A DNA stretch of 64,000 bases from Nitrospirota bacterium (GTDB taxonomy: Bacteria > Nitrospirota > UBA9217): positions 416,001 to 480,000 of the forward strand of contig OY760142.1 of assembly GCA_963663225.1 (NCBI GenBank), written 5' to 3'. The position numbers were made by a program, and so were the translations under genes. The notes under the pieces are model-generated. The model saw only the letters and a list, made by a program, of their open reading frames with translations. It made no database searches and was not told the origin of the DNA. Of this stretch, positions 30,448-40,289 are shown piece by piece; position 1 is the stretch's first letter, and every line of letters begins with the position of its first letter.

Positions 30448-32316
30448 CTAGAATCTGACTGTCAACCCTCCATACACCTCCGTAGGTGGCATGGGATATC
30501 CTGCGGAGACGTTGTAGGACCGATTGGTAATGTTTTTGATTCCTGCGAACAAATCGGCCTTGGCATACTTCCACAATTCAACTGGTTGAAGAATCTTCAT
30601 GTCCAGCACGCCGTAGTGGCTCGTCGGGTTTGATGTCCCGAGTGATTGGACCCAGTAGTTTCTGACGTATCTGCCTTCAAGATAAATATTTGTCTTAACC
30701 TTCGGGACCGTATAGCTGATATAGCTTTTAATCTGTTCCGCGGGCGCACCGGCAACATAGTCTCCCGTGTCCAAGTCCCGTGTGTCCATTCCCGTATAAT
30801 TGACTCCCCACACCAGTGCGTCAAAGAACGTGGCTTTTGCTTCCGCTTCGAATCCCGTGATACGCGCCCTGCTGAAGTTTGTCGGTTTGTAAACAAAATT
30901 ATTGTCCGGCATCCAGACGATCAGGTTCCTTGCATGGCGTTCAAAAACCGTGAACTTGATTGAACGGCCTTTTCCCAGCGGCTGCTCAATCCCTCCTTCA
31001 TACTCCGCTGACTTCTCAGGCTTGAGGTCGGGGTTCCCGGCTGTCCAAGGCGTGGCCGGCCAGTACAAATCGTTGAACGTAGGCGCCCGGTATGATTCTC
31101 CGGCAGAGGCCCTGATGATTGTCCCGGTGGGGCCTACAAGATAACGGGCGCTCGCCTTCGGGCTGAAATTGTCCCCGAAGACCGAATGGTTGTCATATCT
31201 GCCGCCTACAACGAGAATGAATGCATCTCCGATTGAAATCTCATCCTGAAGGTACAGCGCGCGCTGCGATGCGGAGTGTTCTCCCAAAGAACCCTGCAGG
31301 GGGTCCTGGCTGTCCACATGATCAGCATGAACTTCCCCTCCCACGGTCAGAACATTTGACAGGAACGACAGAGGGGCCGTACGCCAGTTCGTCTGCAGTT
31401 CCGAGTTTATTCCGGATAGGATGTGCTTGCTGTCATCACTGAACGGGTTCTTGAACAGCATTTTGTTCCGGTACATGTTCAGCGTTGCCCGCATATCCAT
31501 ATCTTTTGTAAAGGCGCTCCGGAAGGTAAGCCCCATGTCCGCGTTCCGGTCCCATTGCCGTGCTAAGGGAGTCAGGTACGTTAAGGAACCCGGCGCTCCG
31601 TTCTCCTTTTCTATATAATTCGCGGCAAGCTCAAGCGATGTATTCGTCGAAAAGTCATACCCGATCTTCCCGCTCGTTGCTGTTTTGTCATAATCGCTGT
31701 TTACGCGATACCCGCCTGCTTTCTCCTTGTTCGCAGAGATGTTGTAGTAAAAATTTCCGATTTTGCTTCCATTCCCTGCACCGAGGGTCCAGTAGCCGTG
31801 ACTGCCGCCAGCGCTGGTTATGGATGATTCCAATCCGGTCGGTTTTTTGGTTATAATATTGATCACACCGCCGAGCGCATCCGCGCCGTACAGGGCCGAC
31901 GACGGGCCGCGCACAATCTCTATCCGCTCGATATTCTCAACCGGCACCGGCAGAATGTTCAAATCAAATCCGCCCGACTGCGACGAATTCAGCCGCCTGC
32001 CGTCCAGAAGCACCAGAACCTGCGAAACCGTGGAGCCGCGCAAACTGACTTCAACCGCGGAACCCGGCGTGCCGTTGTCATGCACATCAGCGCTTGCGGT
32101 CCGCTCTATTACCTGTGCCGCGGTCGTTGCCCCGGATTTTCTGATTTCATCGGCAGTGATCACCGTGACCGACTGCGTAACATCCTGCAAGTTCTTTTCC
32201 GTCTTTGTTGCGGTAACGACAATTTCTTTCAGCTGCGTGCCGGCCTCTTCCGCCAAAACCATGGGCGGACAGAGCATCAGGCCGCACAGCACGGCTGCTG
32301 CGAAACGACTGTTCAT
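30448..32316 (-). CDS. btuB: TonB-dependent cobalamin receptor
   Basis: TonB box EIVVTAT, plug IERIEIVRGPSSALYG, RAPTFNDLY, C-terminal Phe; B12 riboswitch upstream. Confidence 0.9.
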   Translation of the reverse strand: MNSRFAAAVLCGLMLCPPMVLAEEAGTQLKEIVVTATKTEKNLQDVTQSVTVITADEIRKSGATTAAQVIERTASADVHDNGTPGSAVEVSLRGSTVSQVLVLLDGRRLNSSQSGGFDLNILPVPVENIERIEIVRGPSSALYGADALGGVINIITKKPTGLESSITSAGGSHGYWTLGAGNGSKIGNFYYNISANKEKAGGYRVNSDYDKTATSGKIGYDFSTNTSLELAANYIEKENGAPGSLTYLTPLARQWDRNADMGLTFRSAFTKDMDMRATLNMYRNKMLFKNPFSDDSKHILSGINSELQTNWRTAPLSFLSNVLTVGGEVHADHVDSQDPLQGSLGEHSASQRALYLQDEISIGDAFILVVGGRYDNHSVFGDNFSPKASARYLVGPTGTIIRASAGESYRAPTFNDLYWPATPWTAGNPDLKPEKSAEYEGGIEQPLGKGRSIKFTVFERHARNLIVWMPDNNFVYKPTNFSRARITGFEAEAKATFFDALVWGVNYTGMDTRDLDTGDYVAGAPAEQIKSYISYTVPKVKTNIYLEGRYVRNYWVQSLGTSNPTSHYGVLDMKILQPVELWKYAKADLFAGIKNITNRSYNVSAGYPMPPTEVYGGLTVRF

Positions 32317-32344
32317 TATTGTTATCTCCTTCCGTCGAGGTTGT

Positions 32345-32490
32345 GGGAATGCGAGGTTTCCTGGCTTCGGACTTCCTACTTGCCGGCCTTCCCATCCGGA
32401 CTTTTCCGGACAGTGGCACGCTCGGCGTTCGTTTCCTTCACAGTTGCGCGACAGCAGGGGAATTGCACCCCTTTCCGCTCCAGCATTCCC
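32345..32490 (-). ncRNA. cobalamin riboswitch upstream of btuB
   Basis: P1-like GGGAATGC/GCATTCCC; GGAAAGGGGTGCAATTCCCC..GCGCAACTGTG...CCACTG...GGGAAGG...AGCCAGGAAACC; directly abuts the SD, suggesting translational control. Confidence 0.9.
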
Positions 32491-32582
32491 AGGGTTATAA
32501 ATAGCTGCTTACCGTCATCGTGTTTTTCCTTTATTCTCTCCTTTGGCCGCTCACCTCCCTTCAAGATTGTGCGAAAACATCT

Positions 32583-33356
32583 TTAAAAATTATGTTCGTA
32601 TGTGATGTGCAGGCCGGAACCGCTTTTCTTGATATCAACGTCCACATCAAATGCCTGCTGTATCCGTTCGCGGGTCAAGACGCTCCCGGGATCTCCGGCG
32701 CTGATGATGCTTCCTTCCTTGATCAGCATGACTTTTTTGAACTGGAGTGCCATATTGATGTCATGGAGCGCCATTACGATGGAAATATGCTGCCTCTCGC
32801 AGAGGCTTTTCAGCAATTTCACCAGCTCAATCTGGTACTTGATATCCAGGTTCGCGAGCGGTTCGTCGAGCAGCAGCAGTCCGGCACCCTGCACGAGCGT
32901 CATGGCAATAAACGTCCGTCTCCGTTCGCCGCCGCTCAAGTCAATGAGCCGCGACCCGGCCTTCTCACGTAGCCCGACCATGTCAAGAGCCTCATCAATG
33001 TCCATGACCGGCGGAATATCGTACGGATAGAGCCCCATGCTTACCAGGTCACGGACCGTAAACGGCACGCTGATATCGAGCGCCTGCGGAAGATAGCTGA
33101 TCAGCTTTGCCCGGTCCCGCCCCTTCTCCCGCAGAAGATCGTTGCCCCAGAGGGCAATGCTGCCTGACGACGGCCGCAAAAGCCCGCTTGCCAGCTTCAG
33201 GATCGTGGACTTGCCCGACCCGTTCGCGCCAAGTAAACCGATGAAATCTCCCTCGCCTATGGAAAAAGACAGGTCGCGGATAAGGAGTTTGTCTTTCTCA
33301 TAGGAAAAGCAGACGTTTTTAAGATCCAGAATATGCACGTCAGAGGTTGAGGACAT
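32583..33356 (-). CDS. btuD: cobalamin/iron-siderophore ABC transporter ATPase
   Basis: GANGSGKS, LSGGE, LLLDEP, ALHD; in a riboswitch-led operon. Confidence 0.88.
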   Translation of the reverse strand: MSSTSDVHILDLKNVCFSYEKDKLLIRDLSFSIGEGDFIGLLGANGSGKSTILKLASGLLRPSSGSIALWGNDLLREKGRDRAKLISYLPQALDISVPFTVRDLVSMGLYPYDIPPVMDIDEALDMVGLREKAGSRLIDLSGGERRRTFIAMTLVQGAGLLLLDEPLANLDIKYQIELVKLLKSLCERQHISIVMALHDINMALQFKKVMLIKEGSIISAGDPGSVLTRERIQQAFDVDVDIKKSGSGLHITYEHNF

Positions 33357-34305
33357 CTTTTCTCCTGAGAAGATACAAAAAATAAGGCGCGCCGATGATC
33401 GCCGTGACCATGCCTGCCGGAAGTTCCGCAGGCGGCAAGACAGACCGGCTGGCCAGATCAGCGATGCACAGAAGGGCGCCGCCTCCCAGGGCGGACGCCG
33501 GGATCAGCGCGCGGCTGTCCGCGCCGAAGAAAAACCGCATGATATGCGGCATCAAAAGACCGATAAAACCGATCATGCCGCCGAGCGACACGGACGCCGC
33601 TGTCAGAAGCCCTACCGAAGTAAACAGAATGAACCGCTCGCGCTGGGGTGCAAAACCGAGGCTATGGGCCAGTTCATCTCCGAGCATGAGCGCATTAAGA
33701 GCCTTTGCCCTGCAAAGGGAAATGGCCACGCCGGCAAATACCAGCACGACTCCGTACGGTATTCGCTGCCAGTCCGACATGGACAGGTCCCCGAATATCC
33801 AGAGCATTGCCCGCCGCAATCCTTCATCAGTCGATAAACTCATCAAAAGCATCAACAGCGCGGAAAACAAGAAGCTCAGGCCCACGCCGGCAAGCAGCAA
33901 TCGCTCAGGCCAAAAACCGCCCCGCTTAAGCCCCATGACGCCCACAATCCCTCCCGTGATGATTGCACCAGAAAAAGCGAGCACAGGCACGGTAAAGCTG
34001 CCGAGGAACGACAATCCGCCGATAATGCCGAGGGCCGCCAAGAGCGATGCACCGCTGGATATTCCCAGAATGTACGGATCAGCCAGGGGATTCCTTAAAA
34101 TACCCTGCAGCACCGCACCGGACGCGCCTAAAGCCATACCCATGAGAAACGCAACCAGAACGCGCGGCAGCCGGATGTCCATCAGTATCTCCTGGTCCAC
34201 ATCGCTGAGCGCACCGGGCAGAATCATGTTCGGCCCCAGAAAGAGCGCACAGCAAAAAACAATCAGCACAAGAACAGCTAAAAACGTCATTTTTACTTGA
34301 GGCAT
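33340..34305 (-). CDS. btuC: FecCD-family ABC permease (cobalamin)
   Basis: IRLPR, LRNPLADPYILGISSGA, IGFIGLLMPH, GAPYF. Confidence 0.88.
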   Translation of the reverse strand: MPQVKMTFLAVLVLIVFCCALFLGPNMILPGALSDVDQEILMDIRLPRVLVAFLMGMALGASGAVLQGILRNPLADPYILGISSGASLLAALGIIGGLSFLGSFTVPVLAFSGAIITGGIVGVMGLKRGGFWPERLLLAGVGLSFLFSALLMLLMSLSTDEGLRRAMLWIFGDLSMSDWQRIPYGVVLVFAGVAISLCRAKALNALMLGDELAHSLGFAPQRERFILFTSVGLLTAASVSLGGMIGFIGLLMPHIMRFFFGADSRALIPASALGGGALLCIADLASRSVLPPAELPAGMVTAIIGAPYFLYLLRRKDVLNL

Positions 34306-35144
34306 GCCGAAAGCTCCTTAATTCCCGGAACAATCCGCGGACCAAGGCGGTACAGATTGTCCCCGACATAGCACACGGCGCCGTTTTTGACCGCGGGTGT
34401 AGATGCCATCCGGGCAAGCACTCCGCGCGACACCGCGCGCATGTCCATCCCCGATCCTTTGCCGATCACGATCTTGTCAGGGGGATGCCGGACCACTTCC
34501 TCGAGAGAGTATTTCGGATAGGCGCTCTTCGCTTTTCCCGCAATGTTCTCGTACTCTAGGAGATTAATGACATCATTCATCGCGGTACGGGGGCCCGCAA
34601 CAATAAGCGGTTCAGGCCAGACGATGAAAAGCACCCTTCCCTTCCTCTTATTATTGCCGCCTTCGAAAGCGTCTTCTCGTCCCAGCGCTCCTTCGATTTC
34701 ACGTGCAAGCGCTTCCGCCCTTTCCGGCACCCCGAGCACCGTGCCGAGCTGTCTGATCCCCTGCGGAAGCTCGGAAATCCTGCGCGCCGTGAATACCACA
34801 ATCGGAACACGCAATGATCGAAGCCTTTCCGCAAACTCCCGGGGATTGCCGTCTGTGGTCATGACTACCACATCCGGCTTGAGCGACACGACAGCCTCAA
34901 GCGACGGATTGGACATGCCCCCGATCCGGGGTTTTTTCTTGACCGCCTCCGGATAGTCGCAAAAACTCGTGACCCCCACGATGTCCTTCTCCAGACCTAA
35001 TGCAAACAAAATCTCCGTCACGTTCGGCGCAAGGGAGATGATCCGTTTCGGGGGAACGGCAGTTTCCGCGCCGGAAAGACCCGGACAGGCCGTCGAAACC
35101 GCAATAAAAAGAATGAGAGTATATTTTTTAATTGTGCTCATCAC
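34293..35144 (-). CDS. btuF: cobalamin-binding periplasmic protein
   Basis: PKRIISLAPNVTEILFALG, VGVTSFCDYP, RLGPRI; riboswitch upstream. Confidence 0.88.
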   Translation of the reverse strand: MMSTIKKYTLILFIAVSTACPGLSGAETAVPPKRIISLAPNVTEILFALGLEKDIVGVTSFCDYPEAVKKKPRIGGMSNPSLEAVVSLKPDVVVMTTDGNPREFAERLRSLRVPIVVFTARRISELPQGIRQLGTVLGVPERAEALAREIEGALGREDAFEGGNNKRKGRVLFIVWPEPLIVAGPRTAMNDVINLLEYENIAGKAKSAYPKYSLEEVVRHPPDKIVIGKGSGMDMRAVSRGVLARMASTPAVKNGAVCYVGDNLYRLGPRIVPGIKELSACLK

Positions 35145-35173
35145 GGACTAGAACAGAACGCCTGCTTCCGCTC

Positions 35174-35213
35174 AAAATAAAAATCCCCAGTCTTCTCGAA
35201 AAGACTGGGGATT
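35174..35213 (-). terminator. riboswitch expression-platform terminator
   Basis: Stem AATCCCCAGTCTT/AAGACTGGGGATT plus T run; homologous to 27278-27318. Confidence 0.8.
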
Positions 35214-35267
35214 AATACGGAATATTAACCCACACATGGTCTTAACGCCGAAGACTGTGCGAGAACA

Positions 35268-35435
35268 TACAGGCAGGTTTTCTGGCTCTCCCTCCCTGCC
35301 TGCCTTCCCAGCCCCATAGGGCCAGTGGCGTTTGTCCGGCAGAGAATTATGGCTTCGCTCTACGCAAAGCCGGGATCACAGCGGCGGGTCCGCTCCCGAT
35401 TCTCACGGGATTCCCTTCTCCTGTGTGTGGTCGCG
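35268..35435 (-). ncRNA. cobalamin riboswitch upstream of btuF
   Basis: Minus strand AAGGGAATCCCGTGAGAATCGGGAGCGGACCCGCCGCTGTGA...GCCACTGG...GGGAAGG...AGCCAGAAAACCTGCC. Confidence 0.92.
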
Positions 35436-35466
35436 TATGATTATTTTTCCTTATACCATACGGCAC

Positions 35467-37227
35467 CTAAAAAGACAGCTCTTTAAGAAAAAGGTCTTCG
35501 AAACTTTTATCTCCAGCAAGCTCAATATATTGAATATTTTCCGCCACCTCTTGGGCGATTTTTCTCTCTTTAACAGATAATAGGGCATTTTGAGCCCCTA
35601 CGCCTGCAGCATTGCCCACAGGAACTATTTTTTCACAAAGGTCATCAGGCAACAACTTGATGCTTTTTAAGCTCTCGAATTTTAAATACATTCCGAATGC
35701 TCCCGCCAAAATTACTTTTGTGACGTCGGCTGTCTGCACTCCTGCTTTACGAAGCAATATTCTGATTCCCGTAGAGATGGCACTTTTTGCAAGCTGCAGT
35801 TTGCGAATATCTTGCTGTGTTATATAAATACTGCGTCTATCTGCTGTCTGCTCTTCTGGAACAAGCAGAAAAGCCAACGATCCCTCCTGTTCGATAATTC
35901 TTTTTTGTTGCAATTCGGAGGCATCGGAGGAAACAAGTCTGCCTGAAAAATCTATATTCTTATTTTGCAATAAACCGGCGACAGCATCAACAAGACCCGA
36001 ACCACATATACCTTGAGGTCTTACATCACCAATTACATGAAAGGAAACTTCCTTATTATTTATCTGTACACTGTCAATTGCACCGGCTTGAGCGCGCATG
36101 CCGCATGATATTGAATAACCTTCAAAAGCGGGTCCCGCCGCTGTCGAACAAGCCCAAACTTTTCCATTTGCAGCAAGAACAATTTCTCCGTTAGTACCGA
36201 TATCTATCGCGAGCACTATATCTTTTTCTTCCCATAACGGATGAGCCAACAGCATTCCAAGAGTATCTGCTCCGACAAAACCGGATACGCCCGGCAACCA
36301 GAAGATATTTGCCACGTTATTGACGAGAATGCCTGTTTTATATGAGCGATAGGAGACGGCATTGCGAATAATCGGCGTATAGGGATATCGTCCGATTGAA
36401 ACGGGCTGAACGCCCAGGAACAAATGTTCCATGCAGGGATTGCCAACAAAAACCAGGTCGTAGATGTCCTCACGGCTTATATTTGCCTGATCATTCGCTT
36501 TATCAATTAATCCGTTTATACAATCCACAATGGATGACTGGAGCCGTTCAAGTCCTGAGGGAACTTCTGTGGCGTAGGTGATGCGGGAAATAACGTCTGA
36601 TCCGTATTCAACCTGCGGGTTTAAAGAAGAAACCGCGGCACACAGGCGGCCATTCACAAGATTAAACAAATACCCTGCTATTGTCGTTGTTCCGATATCG
36701 AAGGCCATTCCGTAGAGGTTCGGACGTGTATCTCCTCGTTCTATCGCCACTATTTCATTATTTTGTATGACAGCAGTAAAAGGAATTTTTTCATGCACCA
36801 TCAAGGAAAACGACAACAGAATATCGATCTCTGCAATTATTCCTCGGCCGACATGAATTCCCGATCTCAAACAGAGATCTTCCCAAGTAAGCATGACGCT
36901 ATCAAACGACGGTGGGAAATATATCTTTTTAACTACAGGTGATAATTCGACTTTCTTTCCGCAGCCTTCTTGCAGACAAACAATACCCTTCTGACCACCC
37001 TTAAACAGATCTATTGCAATGTTTGATTCAACCGCAGTCTGGCAAGCCAGGACATCATTCCATTGCCCGTTACTCTTGATCCTTACCTGACACTTGCGGC
37101 AAACTCCTTTTTTTCCACAGGGGAAATCATGCTTCATAAGTCCTGCATTTAGCAACGCATCAATAAGAAGCGTCCCTTGCGGGGCAGAAATTTTATTGCC
37201 GTCACTATCTGTTATAGTAAAAACCAC
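35467..37227 (-). CDS. RACo/RamA-type ATP-dependent reductive activator of corrinoid proteins (N-terminal 2Fe-2S, ASKHA/DUF4445)
   Basis: CGKKGVCRKC...ACQ 2Fe-2S ligands; FDIGTTT, DIGTNGE, AGPAFEG, GICGSG, AGAFG. Confidence 0.93.
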   Translation of the reverse strand: MVFTITDSDGNKISAPQGTLLIDALLNAGLMKHDFPCGKKGVCRKCQVRIKSNGQWNDVLACQTAVESNIAIDLFKGGQKGIVCLQEGCGKKVELSPVVKKIYFPPSFDSVMLTWEDLCLRSGIHVGRGIIAEIDILLSFSLMVHEKIPFTAVIQNNEIVAIERGDTRPNLYGMAFDIGTTTIAGYLFNLVNGRLCAAVSSLNPQVEYGSDVISRITYATEVPSGLERLQSSIVDCINGLIDKANDQANISREDIYDLVFVGNPCMEHLFLGVQPVSIGRYPYTPIIRNAVSYRSYKTGILVNNVANIFWLPGVSGFVGADTLGMLLAHPLWEEKDIVLAIDIGTNGEIVLAANGKVWACSTAAGPAFEGYSISCGMRAQAGAIDSVQINNKEVSFHVIGDVRPQGICGSGLVDAVAGLLQNKNIDFSGRLVSSDASELQQKRIIEQEGSLAFLLVPEEQTADRRSIYITQQDIRKLQLAKSAISTGIRILLRKAGVQTADVTKVILAGAFGMYLKFESLKSIKLLPDDLCEKIVPVGNAAGVGAQNALLSVKERKIAQEVAENIQYIELAGDKSFEDLFLKELSF

Positions 37228-37413
37228 ATCTCACCTTTTCACGTTGGTTCTCTTATTATAGAGTGAAAACAACTATACACCGAAAACTGGATATATTATA
37301 TATAGATGTGGCTTTAGTCCACTTTCTATTTTTCATTGGCGTACCAAATTTACTTGATTATAAGAATTTATCCGATTTATGTTTACAATTTTACGTATCG
37401 TCCAGAGAATATA

Positions 37414-38097
37414 TTAACTGCATAAAAACTGATCTTCCGTAACTTCACCCCATGGAGGGATAATAATAAAATCTTCTTTTTCGTACGGGCCATGCATAAT
37501 TTTTTGGAAGTATTCTTGGCTCCCGAGAAACTCTGAATATTCTTTACCAAAAATCGCGCAATTTTCTTTGGTTCTGGCTTTCAAGCGTTCCGTATCGCCG
37601 ACCCCGGTATTAATAAACGATATATGCGTATAGTGCTGAAGTTGTTTTTTAACTACTCTAGTTGCCATTTCAATACCGTGCTTCGGAGCGTAGTGATTAT
37701 TGAGAATGCCCAACGGGTCTACCTCTGTAGCTATCCACCCCGGGGTCAAGTAATACGTCCCGGGCCTCGCTCGAAAATTCTCACGATAGGCCTTCTGTGA
37801 CCCCATAAAAATCGTAATACAGTCATGACACCGGGGAATCACGAGGTCCTGGCAACCTGCTTTTATTCCTTTAATTCCGCCGGAACAGAATCCATATCCC
37901 AGTACGACCCTGTTTGCTGAATTTCCAATACAATTTATTTCCTCCTGGATTAAGGAAGTCATTTTTTTAGGATTTTCGTGCAATCCCTGACCAAGAAAAC
38001 GTACCTGCACATCAGCGTCTTTCGCTACCATTTCAAGCTCGTGCTGAAAAATCCCACAAGCGATAACTACGGTTTTATAAAGTGGCTGTTTTGTCAT
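37414..38097 (-). CDS. DUF1638 protein (commonly next to corrinoid methyltransferase genes)
   Basis: IACG, GLHENP, LGYGFCSGG, IPRCHDCI, GTYYLTPGW. Confidence 0.87.
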   Translation of the reverse strand: MTKQPLYKTVVIACGIFQHELEMVAKDADVQVRFLGQGLHENPKKMTSLIQEEINCIGNSANRVVLGYGFCSGGIKGIKAGCQDLVIPRCHDCITIFMGSQKAYRENFRARPGTYYLTPGWIATEVDPLGILNNHYAPKHGIEMATRVVKKQLQHYTHISFINTGVGDTERLKARTKENCAIFGKEYSEFLGSQEYFQKIMHGPYEKEDFIIIPPWGEVTEDQFLCS

Positions 38098-38130
38098 TTT
38101 ACATGCTAGGGATTTTATTATTAATTAAAT

Positions 38131-38240
38131 CGGGCGACTATGGAGACAATGCAGGCGATATTTTAGTTAATGTCCTAGAAGAAATTACCGTTGTTGAAAA
38201 ACATCGCTGTTTTTTCTGCTTTGCATCTCATAGTCGCCCG
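38131..38240. repeat. long imperfect inverted repeat (about 110 nt)
   Basis: CGGGCGACTATG...CATAGTCGCCCG perfect 12-bp outer arms, with further imperfect inner pairing (GCGATATTTT/AAAACATCGC). Confidence 0.7.
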
Positions 38241-38282
38241 TGATACTGAACAACTTATCGTATTTAGCTGATAATTAATTTA

Positions 38283-39677
38283 TTACTTAACCCCTAACGC
38301 CGGATTCGGGTAATTTCTGTTAAATACATGACTTACGAGCATCACAGCGAGAGGAGTACATAATGCTATATACATGTTGTCAATTCCGAAAGGATTTCCC
38401 ATGGCAAACCATAGCGTCGTAAATATTACACTCAACACCAAGCCAATGGTTGCACCTGCTTTATTTCCAATTTGCGGGCCATAGAACATAAACAGAGCAA
38501 TAACCGCAACACTGGTGCGCAGCGCTCTCGCAAAAAAAACCGTCTTGAGCAATCCAGGCACATACAGCGCAAATGGTATGGGAAGCAATCCAAGTATTAT
38601 CGCTAATACTCTCACAATTACCATTTGGCGCTTCTCATCGGGCTTTGCCAGCGGAATAATGAAATCTCGCATCACTAAAGCGGTTGCACCAAGATTACAT
38701 GCCAGAATTGTCACAAATGCCACTGCCAAAATTCCTGACGTAACAAGACCACCTAACCATGGATTCATATATCTGAGAAACTCGGGTAATGCCTGAACAC
38801 TCTTGATCGTTGGAAATAGCACCTTCGCTGCCAATCCAATGTAAGCCGCAATAAATCCTAACGGGAGAAGCCAGAAACTTGCAAAGATACTAGCTTTTTT
38901 GGCATCTTTGGCACTGCTCAAGGAACTTATACTTTGGATCACATACTGAGTGGAAAAAACTGCCCCTATGTTTCCGACTGTCCAGGCTATAATTTGTGGA
39001 ATTCCAATGCCTGACATATCAAAAAAGGAATCAGGCAATACTGAAACCGTCAGGTTTCGCTCATGGAGCAAACCCCACGCTACCAGTGCAGTGACAATAA
39101 TCGCAACATATTTTACAAAAAAATGAATTAAGTTCGCAAATCCGACGCCCCGAATACCGCCTGCAGCGACGCTGGCCGTTGCTAAAAGTGAAATTATGAA
39201 AACCGCGGGCGTCGTGGAAATGCCCAACACAGATGCAACCACAACAGCGCCGGCGGTGTAAGCAACGACATTAACGGTTATTAAGGCATAGACCATTATG
39301 GCCGAAACTACCATTCGAGCGTTATCACCATATTTTTTGCTGATAATCCCCGATATCGTATATTCGCCTGTTTCGTTGTATTTACCAGCCAAAAGGTATG
39401 CATACAAGAGGAAACCTACAGCCAGCGATATAAAGTTCCACGAAGCAGAGATGCCTTTCTCAAATGCTACCTGAGATGTTCCCAACGTTGACGCTGATGC
39501 TATAAACTCAGAGACCAGAAGAATGCCGATAATATATACACCCATTTGATTCTTTGCGCTCATAAAGCTATTCGTATTTTTTGCATATTTGACGGACCAC
39601 ATGCCAACGAGCGTAGTTATTATCAGATAAACGACTGCTATGCCAAATATTATACCTGCACCATCTACCGCATTCAT
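38283..39677 (-). CDS. sodium:solute symporter (SSS) family transporter
   Basis: About 13 TM; GEYTISG..KKYG, AGGIRGVGFAN; GGAGGAGG RBS before MNAVD. Confidence 0.9.
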   Translation of the reverse strand: MNAVDGAGIIFGIAVVYLIITTLVGMWSVKYAKNTNSFMSAKNQMGVYIIGILLVSEFIASASTLGTSQVAFEKGISASWNFISLAVGFLLYAYLLAGKYNETGEYTISGIISKKYGDNARMVVSAIMVYALITVNVVAYTAGAVVVASVLGISTTPAVFIISLLATASVAAGGIRGVGFANLIHFFVKYVAIIVTALVAWGLLHERNLTVSVLPDSFFDMSGIGIPQIIAWTVGNIGAVFSTQYVIQSISSLSSAKDAKKASIFASFWLLPLGFIAAYIGLAAKVLFPTIKSVQALPEFLRYMNPWLGGLVTSGILAVAFVTILACNLGATALVMRDFIIPLAKPDEKRQMVIVRVLAIILGLLPIPFALYVPGLLKTVFFARALRTSVAVIALFMFYGPQIGNKAGATIGLVLSVIFTTLWFAMGNPFGIDNMYIALCTPLAVMLVSHVFNRNYPNPALGVK

Positions 39678-39964
39678 GAGTAACCTCCTCCACATCCATA
39701 AGGATGGTTCTGCTAGCGTATTATGCTAACAAAGTGTCGTATTGGACTACTCTTTAGCTGTTTGCAGATCGATACTTGCATTAATTAATAAAAAAATTGC
39801 AATACAGTACAAATAACCCTTGGGAAAGACTTTTCCACAACGAACGAAACTAATATTTTAAATACTCCTGATAGCCATTGCAACAATACCGTGATTCCGG
39901 TCCCTTTTTAAAATCCTATTTACGTCCTCCTTTCCCTATAAAATTATACTCTTAATATATTTAA

Positions 39965-40003
39965 TGTGTACCTAATGTATACAAAATGTATTAGTTTGTC
40001 AAG
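39965..40003 (-). promoter_or_regulatory. sigma70 promoter (TTGACA-N17-TACATT) overlapped by a TGTATACA operator
   Basis: TGTGTACCTAATGTATACAAAATGTATTAGTTTGTCAAG; 32 of 39 positions identical to 44763-44801. Confidence 0.75.
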
Positions 40004-40289
40004 GTTAAAATCGTCACTAAAGTTTTTTGATTTCTCTCGTTTGATTGACATTTGGGGGCATAATACGGCAGGGGCCAGACTCTTGGCAGGGCAATATGAT
40101 GTCTTTAAGCTAGTAAAACTAGTTTTTTACTTTCATACAAGTATTGTTCGCTTACGATGCATGATTATTTTTTACGCATGTATGGTACGAGAAGAGAAAT
40201 TCGGCAGGCAGGATTTGAAGTGAATTTTGACAATATCTGAGACACCAGTACGAATGTCCAGAAGACTTTTGAGATGTTGCCGAAGGATT

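Noticed and set aside
33395-34300. 301-aa plus-strand ORF, and similar ones at 31820-32500, 21331-21906 and 435-836
   Set aside because: Antisense shadows of well-supported genes, with no recognisable motifs.
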